Positions 59,345 to 64,000 of a DNA stretch of 64,000 nucleotides are shown here, piece after piece. Under the pieces are notes generated by a model that was given only the letters and a program-made list of their open reading frames with translations, ran no database searches and was not told the origin of the DNA. The DNA comes from Narcine bancroftii (lineage: Eukaryota), in NCBI RefSeq assembly GCF_036971445.1, contig NC_091471.1:348378001-348442000 (forward strand), read 5' to 3'. Position 1 is the stretch's first letter. Each line of letters starts with the position of its first letter. The position numbers were made by a program, and so were the translations under genes.

Positions 59345-62300
59345 GAGTCACGTGATGGAGTAGTGGCCGGTAGGGGAACTCCAGCCCACTCCAGAAAAGG
59401 AAAAAAAGTAGAGAAAAAACAAAGGCACAAACATAAAAACCATAAAGTAAAAATGTGGAGAAAATGGCAGCGAAGAAAGAAAAGCCAAAAACAACGGGAA
59501 GAAATGAAGGAAGGATGTCGGAAGAAGAAGGTGAAGACAAGGAGGCCCGCTCTGGAGAGAGAAGCCCGCTCCCTGAGGTCAGTGGAAGCCCCGAACTCGG
59601 GACTACAAAAATGGCTCACGGAACCAAACAAAAGTACGCATGCACGATGCGCAAGACAAAAAATGACACTGACGGGAGGGGGGGGGGGGACCAGCTGAAG
59701 AGTAGATCTCCACAGCTGAAACTGACAACTACAACACAACAGCAAGAGGAAAACATAGAAAATAACGAGAACAAGAAGGAAGAGAATAAAAATAAGAAAT
59801 CAAAGAAACAACAGATGACCAACTCAAAGGAAGAAGATCAACCAAATCAAAAGGAAGAAACTGTTAAATTTACTGAAAAAAGAAAAAAATTGATATAGCA
59901 TTTGTACAAGAAACACATCTAACTGAAGTGGAGCACAAGAAATTAAAGAGAGATTGGATAGGACATGTACCAGCAGCATCATATAATTCAAAAGCCAGAG
60001 GAGTAGCTATATTAATCAATAAAAATGTACCAATCAAAATAGAAGAGGAAATATTAGATCCAGCAAGGAGATACGTAATGATAAAATGTCAGATATATTC
60101 AGAATTTTGGAATTTACTCAATGTATATTCACCTAATGAAGAAGATCAAAAATTTATACAAGATATCTTTTTGAAGATGGCAGATACGCAAGGGAACATA
60201 CTAATAGGAGGGGATTTTAACCTTAATTTGGACTCAAACATGGATAAAACTGGAAAGAAACTAACAAAGAAAAAAGTAACCAAATTTATAATTAAATTGA
60301 TGCAAGAAATGCAACTTTTGAATATATGGAGGAAACAACACCCAAAGGAAAAGGAATATTCATATTATTCGGGTAGACATAAAACATACTCAAGGATAGA
60401 CCTATTCCTGTTATCAGCCCACATTCAAGGGAGAGTTAGGAAAACGGAATATAAAGCTAGACTATTATCGGACCACTCACCCCTGTTATTGGCAATAGAG
60501 CTAGAGGACATCCCACCAAGAATGTATAGATGGAGATTAAACTCCATGCTACTTAAAAGACAGTATTTTGGAGAATTCATTGAACGACAAATTAAAATGT
60601 ACTTTGAAATAAATACGGAATCAGTGAAAGATAAGTTTATATTATGGGATGCAATGAAAGCTTTCATCAGAGGGCAAATAATTTATGTAACTAAGATGAA
60701 GAAGGACTACAATCGGGAAACAGAACAGTTGGAAAGGGAAATAACGAATATAGAAAAAGAATTAGCAATAAAGGAAGATACAACTAAAAGAAGAGAATTG
60801 GCAGATAAAAAAAATGAAACACTACAAACATATAAAGTGGAGAAGAACATAATGAAGACAAAACAGAAATATTATGAGCTCGGAGAAAAAACGCACAAAA
60901 TTCTAGCGTGGCAGCTTAAGACAGAACAAACTAAAAGAATGGTATTGGCATTAAGGAAAAAGGACAAACAAATTACATATAATCCAACGGAGATCAATGA
61001 AAACTTCAGGGAATTCTACGAGCAACTATATCAAACTGAAAACGAAGGGAAAGAAGACAAAATAGATGAATTTCTAACTAAAATTGAACTACTGAAATTA
61101 CAAACAGAAGAGCAAAATAAATTAAAACCATTTGAAATAGAAGATTTACAGGAGATATTAAAAAAACTACCAAACAATAAAACACCAGGAGAGGATGGAT
61201 TCCCAATAGAATTCTATAAAACATTTAAGACTTGTTAATTCCTCCCCTCCTGGAAGTAATCTACCAGATTGATAAAACACAAAGCATACCAGATTCATGC
61301 AAAACAACAATAATTACAGTAATACCAAAGACAGGGAAAGATCCACTTGCAGCAGCGTCATATAGACCAATATCTTTACTTAACACAGATTATAAGATAA
61401 TAGCTAAACTATTAGCAAACAGATTGGCCGACTATGTACCAAAAATAGTAAATCTAGATCAAACTGGATTTATTAAAAAAAGACGAACAACAGACAATAT
61501 CTGTAAATTTATTAACTTAATTCATGCAGTCGAAGGAAATAAAACTCTAACAGTAGCGGTTGCTTTAGACGCAGAGAAGGGCTTTGACAGAGTAGAATGG
61601 AATTATTTATTCAAAGTACTACAAAAATTCAGCCTACCAGAGAAATATATTAATTGGATTAAAGCATTATATAAGGGGCCATTGGTGAAAGTGACAGTAA
61701 ATGGATATCAAAACAATTTAACTTAAGCAGATCATCAAGGCAGGGATGTCCACTATCTCCCTCACTATTCACGTTAGCTATAGAACCACTAGCAGAACTG
61801 ATAAAAACAGAAAATAAAATAAGAGGGATAAAAATAAAAGAGAAGGAATATAAAATCAGTCTATTTGCAGATGATGTTATAATATACTTAACAGAACCAG
61901 AAATATCAATAAAAGAATTACATAGGAAATTGAAGGAATATAGAGCAGTATCGGGGTACAAGATCAACGCAAATAAAAGTGAAGCAATGCCAATGAATAA
62001 TGCGGATTTCACAGAGTTTAAGAAAGAATCGCCATTTAGATTGCAAACACAAGCAATGCGATACCTAGGTATACAACTAAATAAAAACCCCTCGGCCATC
62101 TAAATAAACTCAATTACCATCCATTAATGAAAAAATTACAAGACGACTTAGAGCATTGGAAAGACTTACCACTAACACAGATAGGAAGGAAAAACTGTAT
62201 TAAAATGAACATTTTTCCTAAGGATACAATACCTATTTCAGTCATTACCAATACACCTAACAGAGAAATTCTTCAAGGAGTTAAAGAAGATAATAAGGAA

Positions 62301-63761
62301 AATCTTATGGCAAGGGGGGAAACCGAGGATAGCACTAGATAAATTAACAGAATGGTACAAACAAGGAGGCTTACAACTACCAAACTTTTTAAGAATTATT
62401 ATAGAGCTGCACAATTAAGATACCTATCAGATTTTTATCAAACAGGAGAAAAACCAGATTAGAACTAGATAAAATAGGGGAGAAGATACCTGAACATATA
62501 CTATATAAATGGGATGAAAAATAGGAATTCACCAGTATTGCATCATCTATTCAACATTTGGAAGAAGATTCATGTAGAAAGGAATAAAACAAATTACCAA
62601 CTACCAAAACTAATACTGACGCAAAATCAGCTAATCCCTTTTACAATAGATAACCTTTCCTTTAGAGAATGGGAAAAAAAAGGATCAAAAGAATAGAAAA
62701 TTGCTTTTCAGGAAATAAATTATTATTCTTTGAACAAATGAAGGATAAATATATAACTCACGATACAGTGTTGGCATACTACCAACTGAAATCCTACTTG
62801 AAGGACAAATTGGGAAGCAGTCTGAGGTTACCAGAGGGAAGTAATTTTGAATATGTGATTACAGACACAATGATAATCAAAAAAATTATAACAAACATGT
62901 ATATTAAACTACAAGAAAAGGAGAAAGAGGAAACAAATAGTAAAACTAAACAAAAATGGGAACAAGATCTAAACATAAAGATGAAGAATGAAACATGGGA
63001 GAAGTTATGCTCCGGAACTATAAGAAATACAATAAACATGAGGTTATGCATGATACAATATAACTGGATACACAGGCTATACATCACACCTCAAAAGTTA
63101 AATAAATGGGACCCAACAGTATCAGACAGATGTTTTCGCTGTAAAAAGGAGACGGGAACAACAATTCATGCAATCTGGACATGTGAGAGAGTGGAAAAAT
63201 TTTGGGAAGATCTAAACCAGATATTAAATAAAATCACAAAAAGCAATATACCAAAAAACCCAGAAATCTTCCTCCTAAGTAATATAAGAAACAAAGAATT
63301 TGAACTCGATTTGGAGCACAAAAAAGATTTGTTATGATAGCCCTAGCTGTAGCAAAAAAATGTATATGTCAACCTGGAAATTGGAAGACAACTTGAGAAT
63401 ACAACAATGGTACATAGAAATGAACAAGTGTATTCCATTAGAAAAAATAACATTACAATATTCGAACAAATATGGGAGCCATACATGAAACACAATAGAG
63501 AAATTCACCACCTAAAATGACAGGAGAAGATAACGAAAAGAACTGAATCAGTAAAATTTCTTGTTTATTTTTATTAAGTGACAACATTGTTTAACGGGTT
63601 TAATGTATCTTATAGATTGAACTTCAAATAAATGGGGAAGGGGGTGAGGGAGGGGGGAAAAAGGGGGAGAAAACGACACTGAATATATTTAAGAAGAAAA
63701 ATGTCTATGTATTTTGGTCAATATGGTTTACAGTGTGAAAAATAAAAAATTAAAAAAAAAG
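59345..63761 (+). mobile_element. L1-clade LINE with 5' UTR, internally deleted ORF1 and frameshifted ORF2, in TRIM25 intron 1
   Basis: APE motifs (AFVQETHL, GGDFN, SRIDLFL, SDHSP), RT motifs (YRPISLLNTDYK, LDAEKGFDRVEW, QGCPLSPLLF, LFADD), CFRC...H...C knuckle, AATAAA plus A-tail. 12-bp TSD TGGACTGCGCAG at 59333-59344 and 63762-63773. Confidence 0.95.
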
Positions 63762-64000
63762 TGGACTGCGCAGTGAGGCACACAGTCAACGACACTGGTA
63801 CCTGACGTGTCAGTGGGAGGGTGCTTTGGGGTCAAATACCATTGTTATTAGTTTTACAATAATGAACAAATAACACACTGAATGTGAAAGAACCTCGCAC
63901 TCTTGTTACGAATAAAGTTTATATCGAAATTTTTAAAATAACAACCGAAAATGGAGAATGGTTCACAAGTTAAAGTCCTGAATTGAGGGAAGGGCAATTT

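Overview
Vertebrate nuclear DNA, GC-rich and repeat-dense. A cartilaginous fish is inferred from the CR1, V-SINE, Penelope and RTE repeat mix. Four spliced genes were reconstructed exon by exon from GT-AG boundaries and similarity to the human proteins as recalled. UTP6 (+, exons 2-19, 980-21884; exon 1 lies upstream of the window) is tail-to-tail with a complete, compact RAB11FIP4 (-, 15 exons, 42341-30308). COIL is complete (-, 7 exons, 57879-47244) and head-to-head with TRIM25 exon 1 (+, 58313-58939). The rest is CR1, L1/Tx1, Rex1/Babar, RTE and Penelope retroelement relics, solo LTRs, MITEs and many minisatellites. No prokaryote-type system is present and nothing here proves a novel system. 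The best leads lie in the UTP6-RAB11FIP4 gap: an orphan CpG-island promoter (NRF1/CCAAT/CHR motifs) with a candidate spliced micro-ORF on one side and a long RTE-derived inverted repeat on the other, plus a miR-193-seed-bearing repeat where mir-193a would be expected by synteny. Also notable are a CRE-amplified COIL/TRIM25 bidirectional promoter, a sense L1 in TRIM25 intron 1, and a 35-copy minisatellite born at an LTR junction.
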